From: Gemmatimonadota bacterium
Lineage (GTDB): Bacteria > Gemmatimonadota > Gemmatimonadetes > Palauibacterales > Palauibacteraceae
Assembly (NCBI GenBank): GCA_965116475.1
Contig: OZ220691.1
Span: 928,001 to 992,000 of the forward strand
Reading direction: 5' to 3'
Length of the DNA stretch: 64,000 bases
The position numbers and the translations under genes are program-made. Shown in pieces: positions 28,329 through 37,943 of the stretch (positions within the stretch are counted from its first letter, which is position 1; each line of letters starts with the position of its first letter). Below the pieces are notes generated by a model that ran no database searches, had not been told where the DNA came from, and worked only from the letters and a program-made list of their open reading frames with translations.

Positions 28329-28873
28329 CGACCCACAGCTTCACATTGGTCGTTGAAGGAGTCGACATCGATGACCCACAGGTCTTCGATGCCCTCTACG
28401 AAGCCGGATGCGATGATGCGACCATAGGAATCACAAACGGTATCCCGGTCATGGACTTCGACCGCAAGGCGGCGAGCCTCTATGAGGCGATTTCCTCGGC
28501 GATCGCGGATGCCGAATCGGTCGACGGTCTCCGGGTGGTGCGGATCGCGGACCTCGATCTCGTGTCGATGTCCGAAATCGCGGCCCGCGTCGGGCGCTCG
28601 CGCGAGTGCGTCCGGCTGTGGGTGCTCGGAAAGCGCGGACCGGGCGGATTTCCGGCGCCCCTCAACGATCCTCATGACCGGTATCGGTTCTGGCGCTGGT
28701 CCGACGTGGAAGGCTGGTTGATAGGAGTCCTCGGAGGCGAACCGTGGTCTTCCCAGGATCACCTGCGGGCCGCGATCAACGCAGCCCTCGAACTGCGCCA
28801 CCACTTCCGCCAACTCGATCCGAAGGACCGCCCCGACCTGCGCACCCTCGCCGGCTCCGCCCTCGCCGGCTGA
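28325..28873 (+). CDS. Putative antitoxin: acidic HicB-like N-domain plus HTH
   Basis: Acidic N-half (FTLVVEG..LYEAGCDDA..FDRKA.SL.EAI.SAI.D), HTH SMSEIAARVGRSRECVR, then GGFPAP..W.W.DV. Confidence 0.65.
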   Translation: MTTHSFTLVVEGVDIDDPQVFDALYEAGCDDATIGITNGIPVMDFDRKAASLYEAISSAIADAESVDGLRVVRIADLDLVSMSEIAARVGRSRECVRLWVLGKRGPGGFPAPLNDPHDRYRFWRWSDVEGWLIGVLGGEPWSSQDHLRAAINAALELRHHFRQLDPKDRPDLRTLAGSALAG

Positions 28874-28947
28874 CCCACCCTTCCCTCGGGGGAACCAGGA
28901 GACGGCTCGTCGGTCATATCCTTCGGGACCTTGACCGAGGAAGGGGA

Positions 28948-30234
28948 ATAACCGGAACCGCACGAAGCACGAAAAGACTCCACACGAGAAGAACCCGGAT
29001 CGCGCTCGCGTCAATTGCGATCGCGGGCCTGACGTTCGTCGCGACCGCCGACGCCCAGGAGCGGCCGGGGCGCGCCGGCGGGGTCACGACCCGGGAGACG
29101 CTGCCCTCGAGCATCGAGCGCGTCACGAGTATCCTTCCTGACGATCCGGTGCCGACCTGGACGCTCGTCGAGGACCTGCGCGTCGGGTCCCTGGACGGAG
29201 ACGGCCCCGATGTCTTTGGCGAACTCAGGGGGCTGGTCGTGCTGCCGGACGGCGGATTCGCGGTCCTGGATTCACAGGCGCAGGAACTCCGCGTGTTCGC
29301 GGCGGACGGCTCCCACCGCGCCACCTACGGGGGCGAGGGAGAAGGCCCCGGGGAGTTCCGTGACGCGCACGGGCTCATGCTCGATCCGCAGGGTCGCCTC
29401 TGGGTCACAGACCCGTCCAACAGTCGCATGTCGGTGTTCGACCCGGACACCGGGTTCCTGGATTCCTTCCCCTATCGCTTCTCGTACTACAGCTACGTCT
29501 TCCAGGGAACGATGACGGCGGATGGCCACATCGTTCGCCCCACCCGCAGCAGGCGGGGCTTCGAGGTCTACGACCTGAACATGGAGCTTGTGGAGTCGTT
29601 CTCGGAGCCGGACGATGTGAGCAGGGGGATTTCGGCCCGGGCGGCCGCACAGCAACGGGACCGAGGCGGGCCTTCCGGCTTCGCCTGGCAGTCCGGCGAC
29701 GGGCGCAGTTCCGGCTTCATGAGCGTCCCCTACTATCCGCGCAGTGTCCGGTACTACGACCGCGAGGGAACGGTCTGGGTCGGGACGCACGAGGTGGACC
29801 CGACGGGCTATCGCTTCACACGGCAACACCTGGCCGGAGACACGACGCTGATCGTGAAGGTCCGAAAATCTCACATCCCCGTCTCGCGTGCGGAGCGCGA
29901 CGCCGCGATCGAGAGGATCCAGGAGCGACTACGGGAGCGGGGCGCGGACACCGACCGCGACTGGTCCAAGATCCCCGACTCGAAGCCCTCGGTCACCAAC
30001 CTCTTCACGTCGGCGGAAGGCAATATCTGGGTCCGCACGCCGTCCACCCGCGGGGAAGCGGCGTGGGACGTCTTTGTGCCCGACGGGGCATACATCGGGA
30101 CGGTAATCTCCACGGAGGTCAACGCCCTGCCCTTCATGCCACCCATCGTCCGTAGCGACGAATTCTGGGCCATCGTCACCGACGCGTTCGATGTCCAGCA
30201 CGTGGTGCGCGCGAGGATCACGCCCGCCGGCTGA
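28948..30234 (+). CDS. Secreted 6-bladed beta-propeller (NHL-like) protein; start codon unclear
   Basis: Signal-like RIALASIAIAGLTFVATADA; GGEGEGPGEF, LWVTD, IWV repeats. No ATG or GTG near the signal peptide. Confidence 0.75.
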   Translation: MTGTARSTKRLHTRRTRIALASIAIAGLTFVATADAQERPGRAGGVTTRETLPSSIERVTSILPDDPVPTWTLVEDLRVGSLDGDGPDVFGELRGLVVLPDGGFAVLDSQAQELRVFAADGSHRATYGGEGEGPGEFRDAHGLMLDPQGRLWVTDPSNSRMSVFDPDTGFLDSFPYRFSYYSYVFQGTMTADGHIVRPTRSRRGFEVYDLNMELVESFSEPDDVSRGISARAAAQQRDRGGPSGFAWQSGDGRSSGFMSVPYYPRSVRYYDREGTVWVGTHEVDPTGYRFTRQHLAGDTTLIVKVRKSHIPVSRAERDAAIERIQERLRERGADTDRDWSKIPDSKPSVTNLFTSAEGNIWVRTPSTRGEAAWDVFVPDGAYIGTVISTEVNALPFMPPIVRSDEFWAIVTDAFDVQHVVRARITPAG

Positions 30235-30274
30235 GGCGGCCTCGCCCACCGCGATGGTCGGCGGCCATGTCGCA

Positions 30275-33200
30275 TCACGGTGGGGCGACCGTCACTTCGC
30301 GGGTGCCCGGGAGAACCTCGACGCGCTGGACGGCGGCGCCGGGCCACCGGACTTCGACGGCCACGGGGTCGCCCCACAGCCCCATGATCTGCACCGGGTC
30401 GTCGTGGGAGCCGGTCCCGGATCCGGCCCTCACTTCGCGCGCGGGGCCGAGGAGGCCGTCGGCGTACACGACGCGCAGGACGGCCCCGATTCCATGGCGG
30501 TTCTCCGCCGTCCCCGCGACGCGGACCCGCAGGCCGGGCGAGGTTCCGGCGCCGCGGAACAGTCGCGCCGCGCCGCCGTTGATCCCCAGCACGAAGTCGA
30601 GGCGGCCGTCGCCGTCGAGGTCCGCGGCCGCGGCGCCGCGCTGGTCGCCGTAGGCGGCGACCCCCGACTCCTGCCCCGGGACCGGGCGGAACCCGCCGCG
30701 CCCGTCGCCCTCGAGCCACAGCCCCCGCCCCGCGTCGTAGCGCGGCGTGTCCTCGTCCGTGGCGTAGAAGTTCTGGGACAGGAACAGGTCCTCGCGGCCG
30801 TCTCCGTTGGCGTCCGCCACCAGGACGCCGAGCGAGGGGGCCCGCTGCGCCTCGCGCGGCAGCGGCGCCGCCTCGAAGCGGTCGCCCCGGTTCAGGAACA
30901 CCGTGTGCCGCAACTCCGCCGCCTCCAGCCGACCCTCCGGCCAGGCGCCGAGCGCCTCGCCGACGTCCGCCTCGGCGTAGGCCGCCCGCGTCGGCATGCG
31001 CCCGCCCACCGGGGGGATGTGCTCGGCGAGCCGGCCCAGCGCACCCAGCGGCGCCGACGCGCCGAGCCGCTCGTCCCGCTGCGCCTCGATCAGGTCGAGG
31101 GTGCCGTTGCGGTCCACGTCGCCGAAATGGAGTTCCAGCGGGGCCCCGGGCGTCGGGCGGTACTCGGTGTTGTCCCCCCACGAGACCGCGACCAGGTCCG
31201 GACGCCCATCACCGTCGAAGTCGCCCGCCGACACGCCGTTCCAGCGCCCGGGGTACTCGCCCAGCCCCATGGCTTCCGTGACGTCGGAGAACCGCCCCCG
31301 ATCGTTTCGCAGCAGCCGGACGGGGCCCCACTCGATGGAGAGTGCGAGGTCCGGATCGCCGTCCGCGTCGTAGTCCGTGAACACGGCTCCGGTCACCATG
31401 CCCAGGCGCTCGAAGACCGCCGTGTCGCGCCGGTCCTCCTCGAAGCCGCCGCCGGGGCGGCCGCGGAAGACCCGGGAGGGCCCGGAGAGCGGGTAGCCGC
31501 CCGGCACGACCCGCGCGCCCGCGAAGAGGTCGAGCCGTCCGTCGAGGTCGTAGTCGGCGACGGCGAGCGGGCCCGCCGCGGCCGATGACCCCGGTGCGAC
31601 GCCGCGGTTGAGCGGGGTCACCGCGACGCCCGCCATGGCGCCCGCGGGCCACGCCGCCGACACCACCGCCGGCACCTGCGTCACCTCGGCCGGCGGCGCC
31701 TCGTAGCTGGACAGCCCGAGCAGCACCCGGGCCGTGTCCGCCACCGGGAGCGGGATCACCGCCGTCTGGTCGACGGGCGCCCGCGGCCCGGCGAGCGTCA
31801 CGCGAACCAGCCGGCCTCCGTCGTTCCGGAACAGGACGGGCGCCGCGTTCGCCCCCGACCCGATGAGCAGGTCGGGGTCCCCGTCGGAGTCCAGGTCGTG
31901 CCACGCCACGCTCGGCCCCATCCGGGACAGCCGCAGCGGGAGGAGCGGCTGCCGCGCCACCTCCGCGAACGGCGGCTCGTCGTGGATGGGCCCGAAGCTC
32001 TCGTCCGGCTCGAACCACGGCGTCGCGACCGGGGACGGGGCGGGCGTCGCACCCGCCGCCTCCGCCGACGACCCGGGGTCCGTGGCCACCACCTCGAACA
32101 CCTCGTACAGCCGGTTCGGACCGTCGACGCGCACCACCGACCGGCCGCCGCCGCGCCACTCCACCCCCAGCGTGCCCTCGGCGGCGTCCCCCATCGCGAA
32201 CGAGACGAGCGCCTCCGACCCGGAGAGGTAGCCGCCGCCCGCCGCGACCTCCTTCGTCTGGCGCGGCAGCCCCTCGACTTCGAGCCACACCGCGGCGCCG
32301 ACCCCCGCCGTGTTGGGCGCCTCTCCCCGCAGGCGGACGGCCAGTCGGGGCGCCGCCGCATCGTTGCGCAGCAGCAGGGCCGGCCGGTCGAGCCGGTTCA
32401 CGACCGCGTCCAGGTCCCCGTCCCCGTCGAAGTCCGCCAGCGCCGCCCCGTGCGACACGTCCGGCTCCGGCGCCACGCCCCACGCGCGCCCCACCTCCTC
32501 GAACCCGGCCCCGCCCAGGTTCCGGAAGGCCACGTTGTGCAATGGCAGCGGACGGTACAGGAGGGTGGACTCGCGCTCGCCCGAGAGACCCGCCTCGCGG
32601 ATGGCGATCTGCGTGTCCGCATCCATGAGGTCCCGGATGTGGCCGTTCGGGATGAGGAGGTCCTCGAACCCGTCCAGATCCACGTCGAGGAAGAGCGCGG
32701 ACCACGACCACCCGGACGCTTCGACACCCGCCTGGCGTCCGATCTCCGCCCAGGTGCCGTCTCCGCGGCTGGCGAGCAGGGTGTTGCGGTTCACCTGCTG
32801 CGCCCCGGCGGCCTCGCCGGGCGGCGTGTGCTCCACGCGCGACACCGGGTCCTGGGTTTTCCTCGCGCGCGCGTCGCGGGCCAGCATGTCGAGCACGAAG
32901 ACGTCCGCATCTCCGTCCCGGTCGACATCCGAAAAGTCCACCGCCATGGAGGAGGCGCTCGTCGTGGGCAGCGCGTGGGGCGGCGGCGGGCGGAAGGTCC
33001 CGTCCCCCCGGTTGATCCACAGCCGGTCGGGGCTGTGCAGGTCGTTCGCCACGTAGAGATCCGGGTCCCCGTCACCGTCCAGGTCCCCGAAGCGGGCCGC
33101 CAGCCCCCATTCGGTCGGGGCGGTTCTCAGCGACGCGCCGTCGGCATCGAGGAAGGCGCCGGAGGAGAACGGGACGTGCCGGAAGCCGCCGCCTCCGCCG

Positions 33201-34081
33201 CTGTCGCCGCCGTCCTCTTCGTTGAACTCGTTCAGGTAGAGTTCGTCGGCCTCCCCCCTTTCGAGCCGCACGACGCCGTCCGCCCGCCACGCCAGCTCGT
33301 AGTGGTCGGCGAAGCGCTCCACGACCTCGAACCCCTGACCGGTGCGCCGCACGGTGTTGGGGAAGGCAACCTCGTCCCCGGGAAAAAGATCCAGCACGGA
33401 GCGGCGCTTGTACCGCGTCAGGTAAAGGTCGAGATCCCCGTCCCCGTCGATGTCGGCCAGCGCGCTCGACATCCCCCCGCGCGAGTCCAGGAGTCCGGCC
33501 GCCGGCGCCTCCGTGAACCGCCCCGTCCCGTCGTTGAGGAAGAGAGAGTTCGAACCCTCGATGGAGGTGAGCAGGAGGTCGAGGTCGCCATCTCCATCCA
33601 CGTCCACCAACGTGGCGCCGGTCGAGAAACGGTCCCCCGCGGCGACCCCGCTCTGCGCGGCCGTCTCGCGGAACCGCCAGTCTCCCAGGTTGATGTAGAG
33701 GGCGTTCGGGCCCTCGAGGCGGGCCAGGTAGATGTCGGGCCGCCCGTCTCCGTTCACGTCGCCCGCCGCCACCCCCGAGCCGTTGCCCCGCATCTGGTTC
33801 TCGAGGAAGCTCGCGTCCGAGAGCGCGTTGGCGAAGTCCACGCCCGACCACGAAGGCGAAACCGGCGTGAACCCCGCATCGCCTCCCGCGACCGCGAGGG
33901 ACCGCCAGCGGGCGCCCCGCGCCTCCGTCCACACCACCGGCTGCGCGGGACCGTAGAATTCGATCGAACCGCAGGCGGCGACGACGGCCGGCAGAGCCCA
34001 GGCGGCCCGACGAGCCCAGGCCGCCGGCCGCACGCAGGCGCGGACGCGTGAGAGGCGCTCAGAATCCGGAGAGGATGGCAT
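30275..34081 (-). CDS. FG-GAP/VCBS repeat, ASPIC-UnbV (CRTAC1-like) lipoprotein
   Basis: Many D.DGDG..D Ca-binding repeats; two ASPIC-like segments (EVAAGGGYLSG, EVRAGSGTGS); lipobox VAAC. Confidence 0.88.
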   Translation of the reverse strand: MPSSPDSERLSRVRACVRPAAWARRAAWALPAVVAACGSIEFYGPAQPVVWTEARGARWRSLAVAGGDAGFTPVSPSWSGVDFANALSDASFLENQMRGNGSGVAAGDVNGDGRPDIYLARLEGPNALYINLGDWRFRETAAQSGVAAGDRFSTGATLVDVDGDGDLDLLLTSIEGSNSLFLNDGTGRFTEAPAAGLLDSRGGMSSALADIDGDGDLDLYLTRYKRRSVLDLFPGDEVAFPNTVRRTGQGFEVVERFADHYELAWRADGVVRLERGEADELYLNEFNEEDGGDSGGGGGFRHVPFSSGAFLDADGASLRTAPTEWGLAARFGDLDGDGDPDLYVANDLHSPDRLWINRGDGTFRPPPPHALPTTSASSMAVDFSDVDRDGDADVFVLDMLARDARARKTQDPVSRVEHTPPGEAAGAQQVNRNTLLASRGDGTWAEIGRQAGVEASGWSWSALFLDVDLDGFEDLLIPNGHIRDLMDADTQIAIREAGLSGERESTLLYRPLPLHNVAFRNLGGAGFEEVGRAWGVAPEPDVSHGAALADFDGDGDLDAVVNRLDRPALLLRNDAAAPRLAVRLRGEAPNTAGVGAAVWLEVEGLPRQTKEVAAGGGYLSGSEALVSFAMGDAAEGTLGVEWRGGGRSVVRVDGPNRLYEVFEVVATDPGSSAEAAGATPAPSPVATPWFEPDESFGPIHDEPPFAEVARQPLLPLRLSRMGPSVAWHDLDSDGDPDLLIGSGANAAPVLFRNDGGRLVRVTLAGPRAPVDQTAVIPLPVADTARVLLGLSSYEAPPAEVTQVPAVVSAAWPAGAMAGVAVTPLNRGVAPGSSAAAGPLAVADYDLDGRLDLFAGARVVPGGYPLSGPSRVFRGRPGGGFEEDRRDTAVFERLGMVTGAVFTDYDADGDPDLALSIEWGPVRLLRNDRGRFSDVTEAMGLGEYPGRWNGVSAGDFDGDGRPDLVAVSWGDNTEYRPTPGAPLELHFGDVDRNGTLDLIEAQRDERLGASAPLGALGRLAEHIPPVGGRMPTRAAYAEADVGEALGAWPEGRLEAAELRHTVFLNRGDRFEAAPLPREAQRAPSLGVLVADANGDGREDLFLSQNFYATDEDTPRYDAGRGLWLEGDGRGGFRPVPGQESGVAAYGDQRGAAAADLDGDGRLDFVLGINGGAARLFRGAGTSPGLRVRVAGTAENRHGIGAVLRVVYADGLLGPAREVRAGSGTGSHDDPVQIMGLWGDPVAVEVRWPGAAVQRVEVLPGTREVTVAPP

Positions 34082-34676
34082 CCGCGCGGCCGACGAGGGC
34101 CCGGTTCAGGGACAGCCACGTTTCCACCGTGGCGGGGTCCGCCCAGCCGGAGGCGGCCGCCGCCGCGAGCCCTGAGCTTTCCGGCCAGGGCCGGCCCTCA
34201 GCGAAGTCGAGCACGTCCTCGAAAGCCGACAACACGGTGGGGTCCACCTCGGCCCCGACCGAGGCGAGACGCTCGGCGACGGCTCGCCACTCCGCCCGCG
34301 TCGCCGCGTCCGCAGCCAACTGGGGCAGGCGCACCGCACCGGTCAGCGAGCCGCCCAGCGGGTCGCCGGAGCCCGCCGACGCGCCCGGTACGATCCAGGT
34401 CACGATCTGTCCCTCGAGCCCGAAGCGCCGGAACTCCTGCAGGCGGTAGAAGAGGGCGAGCGCGAGTTCGCGCTGCAGCCGGGCGGATTCGTCCGCCTCC
34501 TGCGTCAGCCGCCCGAGCCGTTCGTCCTGCCGCTCCGCCATCCCCGCCAGCAGGTCCGCGGCCGCGCCGTCATCGCCCGAAGCCGCGCCGAACTGCCCGC
34601 CCAGAGCCAGCCCCCCGAGCCCGCCCACAACCAGACCCAGCCCGAGACCCAGCGCCCCGGCGCGCGCCGGCTTCAC
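34059..34676 (-). CDS. Hypothetical membrane-anchored helical protein
   Basis: GTG overlaps the peptidase stop (GTGA); N-terminal TM then coiled coil. Confidence 0.65.
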   Translation of the reverse strand: MKPARAGALGLGLGLVVGGLGGLALGGQFGAASGDDGAAADLLAGMAERQDERLGRLTQEADESARLQRELALALFYRLQEFRRFGLEGQIVTWIVPGASAGSGDPLGGSLTGAVRLPQLAADAATRAEWRAVAERLASVGAEVDPTVLSAFEDVLDFAEGRPWPESSGLAAAAASGWADPATVETWLSLNRALVGRADAILSGF

Positions 34677-37246
34677 GGCGAATCGGTCGTCGTGCGCGCG
34701 TCGTCCTTCCCGGCGCCCTTCACGTAGCGGTCGAACCAGCCGATCCAGCGGGCCCACATGTCGAGGTTGTTCTCGATCGCGCGCGGCGTGTGCGACTCGA
34801 AGGGATACTCGAACAGCGCCGCCGTCTTCCCGAGCCCGGTGAGCGCCTGGATCATGCGCCTCGACTGGATGGGATAGGTGCCCGAGTTGTTGTCGTCCGC
34901 CCCGTGGTACAGGAGGAGCGGCGTGTTGATCTGGTCCGCCTTGAAGAACGGCGACATCTCCATGTACACGTGGGGCGCTTCCCAGATGTCCCGCGGCTCG
35001 GCCTGGAACCCCATCGGCGTGAGCGAGCGGTTGTAGGCGCCGTCCCCCGCGATCCCCGCCTTGAAGAAGGGCGTGTGCGCGAGGAAGTTCGCGGTCGCGA
35101 AGGCGCCGTAGCTGTGCCCGCCGTGCCCGATCCGGTCCATGTCGACGACGCCGAGCGCGTCGACCGCGCGGATCGCGGCGTACATCCCGTCAACCATGTT
35201 CGAGATGTAGTAGTCGTTGTAGTTCTCGCCCACGATCGGGATGTCGGGATAGACGATGGCGTACCCCTGCGTGAGCCAGATGTCGGACCAGCGCAGCCAC
35301 GTCAGGTTCGTGTACGCGTTGTGGTTGCGCGCGCGGATCGTCGCGTTGTCGAAGTCGTCCTCGCTCCGGTACTCGCGGGGATAGGTCCAGAAGACGGCGG
35401 GCACCCGCGTACCTTCGACGTAATCGACCGGCAGCGACACCCGTCCCTGGATCTCCAGCCCATCCCGGCGCGTGAACTCGAAGTCGACGCGGCGCGCCGC
35501 GGTGAGTTGCGGGAACGGATCCACGTTCCGCGTCAGGTTCTCCATCCCGCCGTCCCGGGTCCACAGGTAGCTGTCCGGGAACGTGTTCTTCCCTTCCCGG
35601 CTCACGACCATGCGCGCGAGATCGGCGTCGAGCGGCACGAGCGGCCGGTCGAAGCTGTCGCGCGACCCCTCGAACAGGCGCTCGGTGGCCCCGTCCGGGA
35701 TCGAAAGCCGGTCGACGAAGGGCTGCGGCCGGAAATCCTCCTTCCACCCGTCGCCGCGCAGGTAGGCGCTCTCCCCGCCGGCGGACACCCATGCGTACTC
35801 GATCCCGTTCCCGGTGCGGGCCGTGAGCAGATCTCCGGGCAACTCGAGCGCGTCTCCCGGGTCGTGGAACGGCACGAGGGTGTGTCCCTCCGGGTCGCTA
35901 CCGCCCAGCGCGTAGTGCACGATCGCGGCGTCGCCATCCCGCCGCACGTCGGCGAAGGCGTGGCGCCCGTCCGCGGAGTAGGTGACGCCCGAGATCCGGT
36001 CCTCGCTCGTCGCCACGACCTCCGCATCGCCGTCGCCGAACGGGGCGCGCAGCAGCATGATGCGGTCGGGGCGGTCCCCGCCTTCCCGGTCGGCCGCATC
36101 CCCGGTCTCGCCGGCGTCGCCGTCCCCGGCCCCGGCGCGGTGGAGGTACGAGATCCCGCTCCCGTCCGGACGCCACGTCCAGGCGCGCGGGTCGTCGCCC
36201 GCTCCTCCGCCTGGTCCGCCACCGCGCCCGCCCTCCCGCAGTTCGCGCTCCTCCAGCGTGGCGAGCACGTCGCCGCTCTCGACCTCGATGACCTCGGTCA
36301 CGCGCGGGAAGCCGGTGTAGCTCGCGATGTAGGAGAAGGGACGCGTGAGGCGGGTGGCGATCACATGCCGCCCGTCGGGACTTGACGACAGCGACTCGTA
36401 CATGCCCGGCTCGCCGACCGCGCGCGGGGCCCGGCCGGGCGCCAACTCGACGATCTGGCTGCGCGTATGGTACTCGAACAGGTCCGCGCCGTGCTCGTCC
36501 TCGAGCAGGAAGGGCATCGTGCGCGTCGGCGTGGCCTCCGCCCGCGTGTGACGGATCGTCGGGCCCGAAGGCAGCGCCGGAGCCGGCGGCGGCGATCCAC
36601 GGTCGGCCGGCGCCGCGAGGGTGAGGACCGAACCCCGGGGCGTCCACTGCAGCATGCGCGAGGCGGCGGACCCCTGGCCGCGCGACGAGGTCCCGATGGA
36701 GCTGATCACGTGTACGTTACCGGCCGCCGTCACGCTGCCGTCGCTCGTGTCGGCGATCCAGACTTCCGTGCGCTCCTCGAGGTGCGCGAGAAAGGCGAGC
36801 CGGGACCCGTCCGGCGACCACATGAGGTCGCTCACGTAGATCCCGTCCGGGAAGTCCACATCGGTGAAGGCGCGCTCGCTCAGCGAGTAGAATCGAAAGC
36901 CGTACAGGCCGTAGATGTCGAGGTGCCACGGGCGGTCCGTGCGCGCCCGGACCTCCAGCATCCCGAGCCGCAGCGTTTCCTCTCCCACCTCCGCCAGCGT
37001 CGAAAGCTCCGTGGACAGCGGCACGACGAAGTGATCGCCATCCGGACTCACATGATCGAGCGTGGCGTAGTTCGGATCCGTCGAGAACAGTTCCTGCACC
37101 GTCGCATCGGGCAGGATGTACCCCCCCGGAATGTCGAGCTTGGGCTTCTCCTCCTCGGCCTGGGCGGCCAGCGGCGGAGACGCGGCGCCGGCCGACGCGA
37201 GAACCAGAGCGAAGAGGACGGGAAAGCTGCGGAAGATCCTCATCAT
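34673..37246 (-). CDS. Secreted S9 prolyl-oligopeptidase family peptidase
   Basis: Signal peptide, WSPDG propeller repeats, GHSYG nucleophile, HGADDNN, ESH. Confidence 0.9.
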   Translation of the reverse strand: MMRIFRSFPVLFALVLASAGAASPPLAAQAEEEKPKLDIPGGYILPDATVQELFSTDPNYATLDHVSPDGDHFVVPLSTELSTLAEVGEETLRLGMLEVRARTDRPWHLDIYGLYGFRFYSLSERAFTDVDFPDGIYVSDLMWSPDGSRLAFLAHLEERTEVWIADTSDGSVTAAGNVHVISSIGTSSRGQGSAASRMLQWTPRGSVLTLAAPADRGSPPPAPALPSGPTIRHTRAEATPTRTMPFLLEDEHGADLFEYHTRSQIVELAPGRAPRAVGEPGMYESLSSSPDGRHVIATRLTRPFSYIASYTGFPRVTEVIEVESGDVLATLEERELREGGRGGGPGGGAGDDPRAWTWRPDGSGISYLHRAGAGDGDAGETGDAADREGGDRPDRIMLLRAPFGDGDAEVVATSEDRISGVTYSADGRHAFADVRRDGDAAIVHYALGGSDPEGHTLVPFHDPGDALELPGDLLTARTGNGIEYAWVSAGGESAYLRGDGWKEDFRPQPFVDRLSIPDGATERLFEGSRDSFDRPLVPLDADLARMVVSREGKNTFPDSYLWTRDGGMENLTRNVDPFPQLTAARRVDFEFTRRDGLEIQGRVSLPVDYVEGTRVPAVFWTYPREYRSEDDFDNATIRARNHNAYTNLTWLRWSDIWLTQGYAIVYPDIPIVGENYNDYYISNMVDGMYAAIRAVDALGVVDMDRIGHGGHSYGAFATANFLAHTPFFKAGIAGDGAYNRSLTPMGFQAEPRDIWEAPHVYMEMSPFFKADQINTPLLLYHGADDNNSGTYPIQSRRMIQALTGLGKTAALFEYPFESHTPRAIENNLDMWARWIGWFDRYVKGAGKDDARTTTDSP

Positions 37247-37404
37247 CGAACTCCCGGGGACGAGGTGGGGATGGGCGAGGGTTCAAGCTGGACCCCCCCG
37301 ACGATCCTCCGCAAGCGGGCATGCGCGGCCCGCCAGCCGCATTTACGTTGCGGCGGCCTGGAACCTCGGCCACACCATCGATTCACCCCGACACGGGAGG
37401 ACAA

Positions 37405-37935
37405 TTGAGCCTTCAGCCGCGCTCGCATCGCCGCCGCCTGCCGCCAGGCGCGTATCTGACCGGTCTCGCCATCTGGCTGGGCTCGGGATGCCAATCGGCC
37501 CCCGCACCGATGACGGAAGAACATGCCGCGGCGATCCGCGACAGCGTGACCGCGACGCTCGAGGAGTTCCGGGCCATGGGGATCGCCGGGGCGTGGGAGG
37601 CCGCGGGCGATTTCTATTCGGACTCCCCGTCGTTCCGCTTCTACGAGAACGGGGAACTGCGCTACGAGTCGGCCGAGAACGTGCGGGCCGCCCTCGCGGA
37701 CCTCGGTTCGGAGACGCAGATCACGACGGAGTACTTGGATACGGACATCGAGCCCCTGGCACCCGGCCTCGCCCAGGTTCGGTCCCGGTTCGAGAGCACG
37801 CTTCTCGCAGGGGACGGATCCGAGGTCAGCTACGGAGGCGCGGTGACCATGCTGTGGGTCCACGAGACGGGAGGCTGGCGGATCCTGACCGGCCACTCCT
37901 CGGCTCCAGTCCCGCGCGGAGAATATGGCGGATAA
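37405..37935 (+). CDS. NTF2-like/SnoaL (DUF4440-like) lipoprotein
   Basis: GGGAGG then TTG 37405; lipobox GSGC; C-terminal GGWRILTGHSS. Confidence 0.7.
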   Translation: MSLQPRSHRRRLPPGAYLTGLAIWLGSGCQSAPAPMTEEHAAAIRDSVTATLEEFRAMGIAGAWEAAGDFYSDSPSFRFYENGELRYESAENVRAALADLGSETQITTEYLDTDIEPLAPGLAQVRSRFESTLLAGDGSEVSYGGAVTMLWVHETGGWRILTGHSSAPVPRGEYGG

Positions 37936-37943
37936 TAGATAGC

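Noticed and set aside
28030-30240. TA-like region as an IS or prophage
   Set aside because: No transposase, integrase, phage genes, terminal inverted repeats or clear target duplication
30275-34081. DNA-level repeats within the FG-GAP gene as a separate repeat element
   Set aside because: Fully explained by the coding of D-x-D-G-D-G motifs
37275-37300. GGTTCAAG resembling a tRNA T-loop
   Set aside because: No cloverleaf or acceptor stem; only a local hairpin
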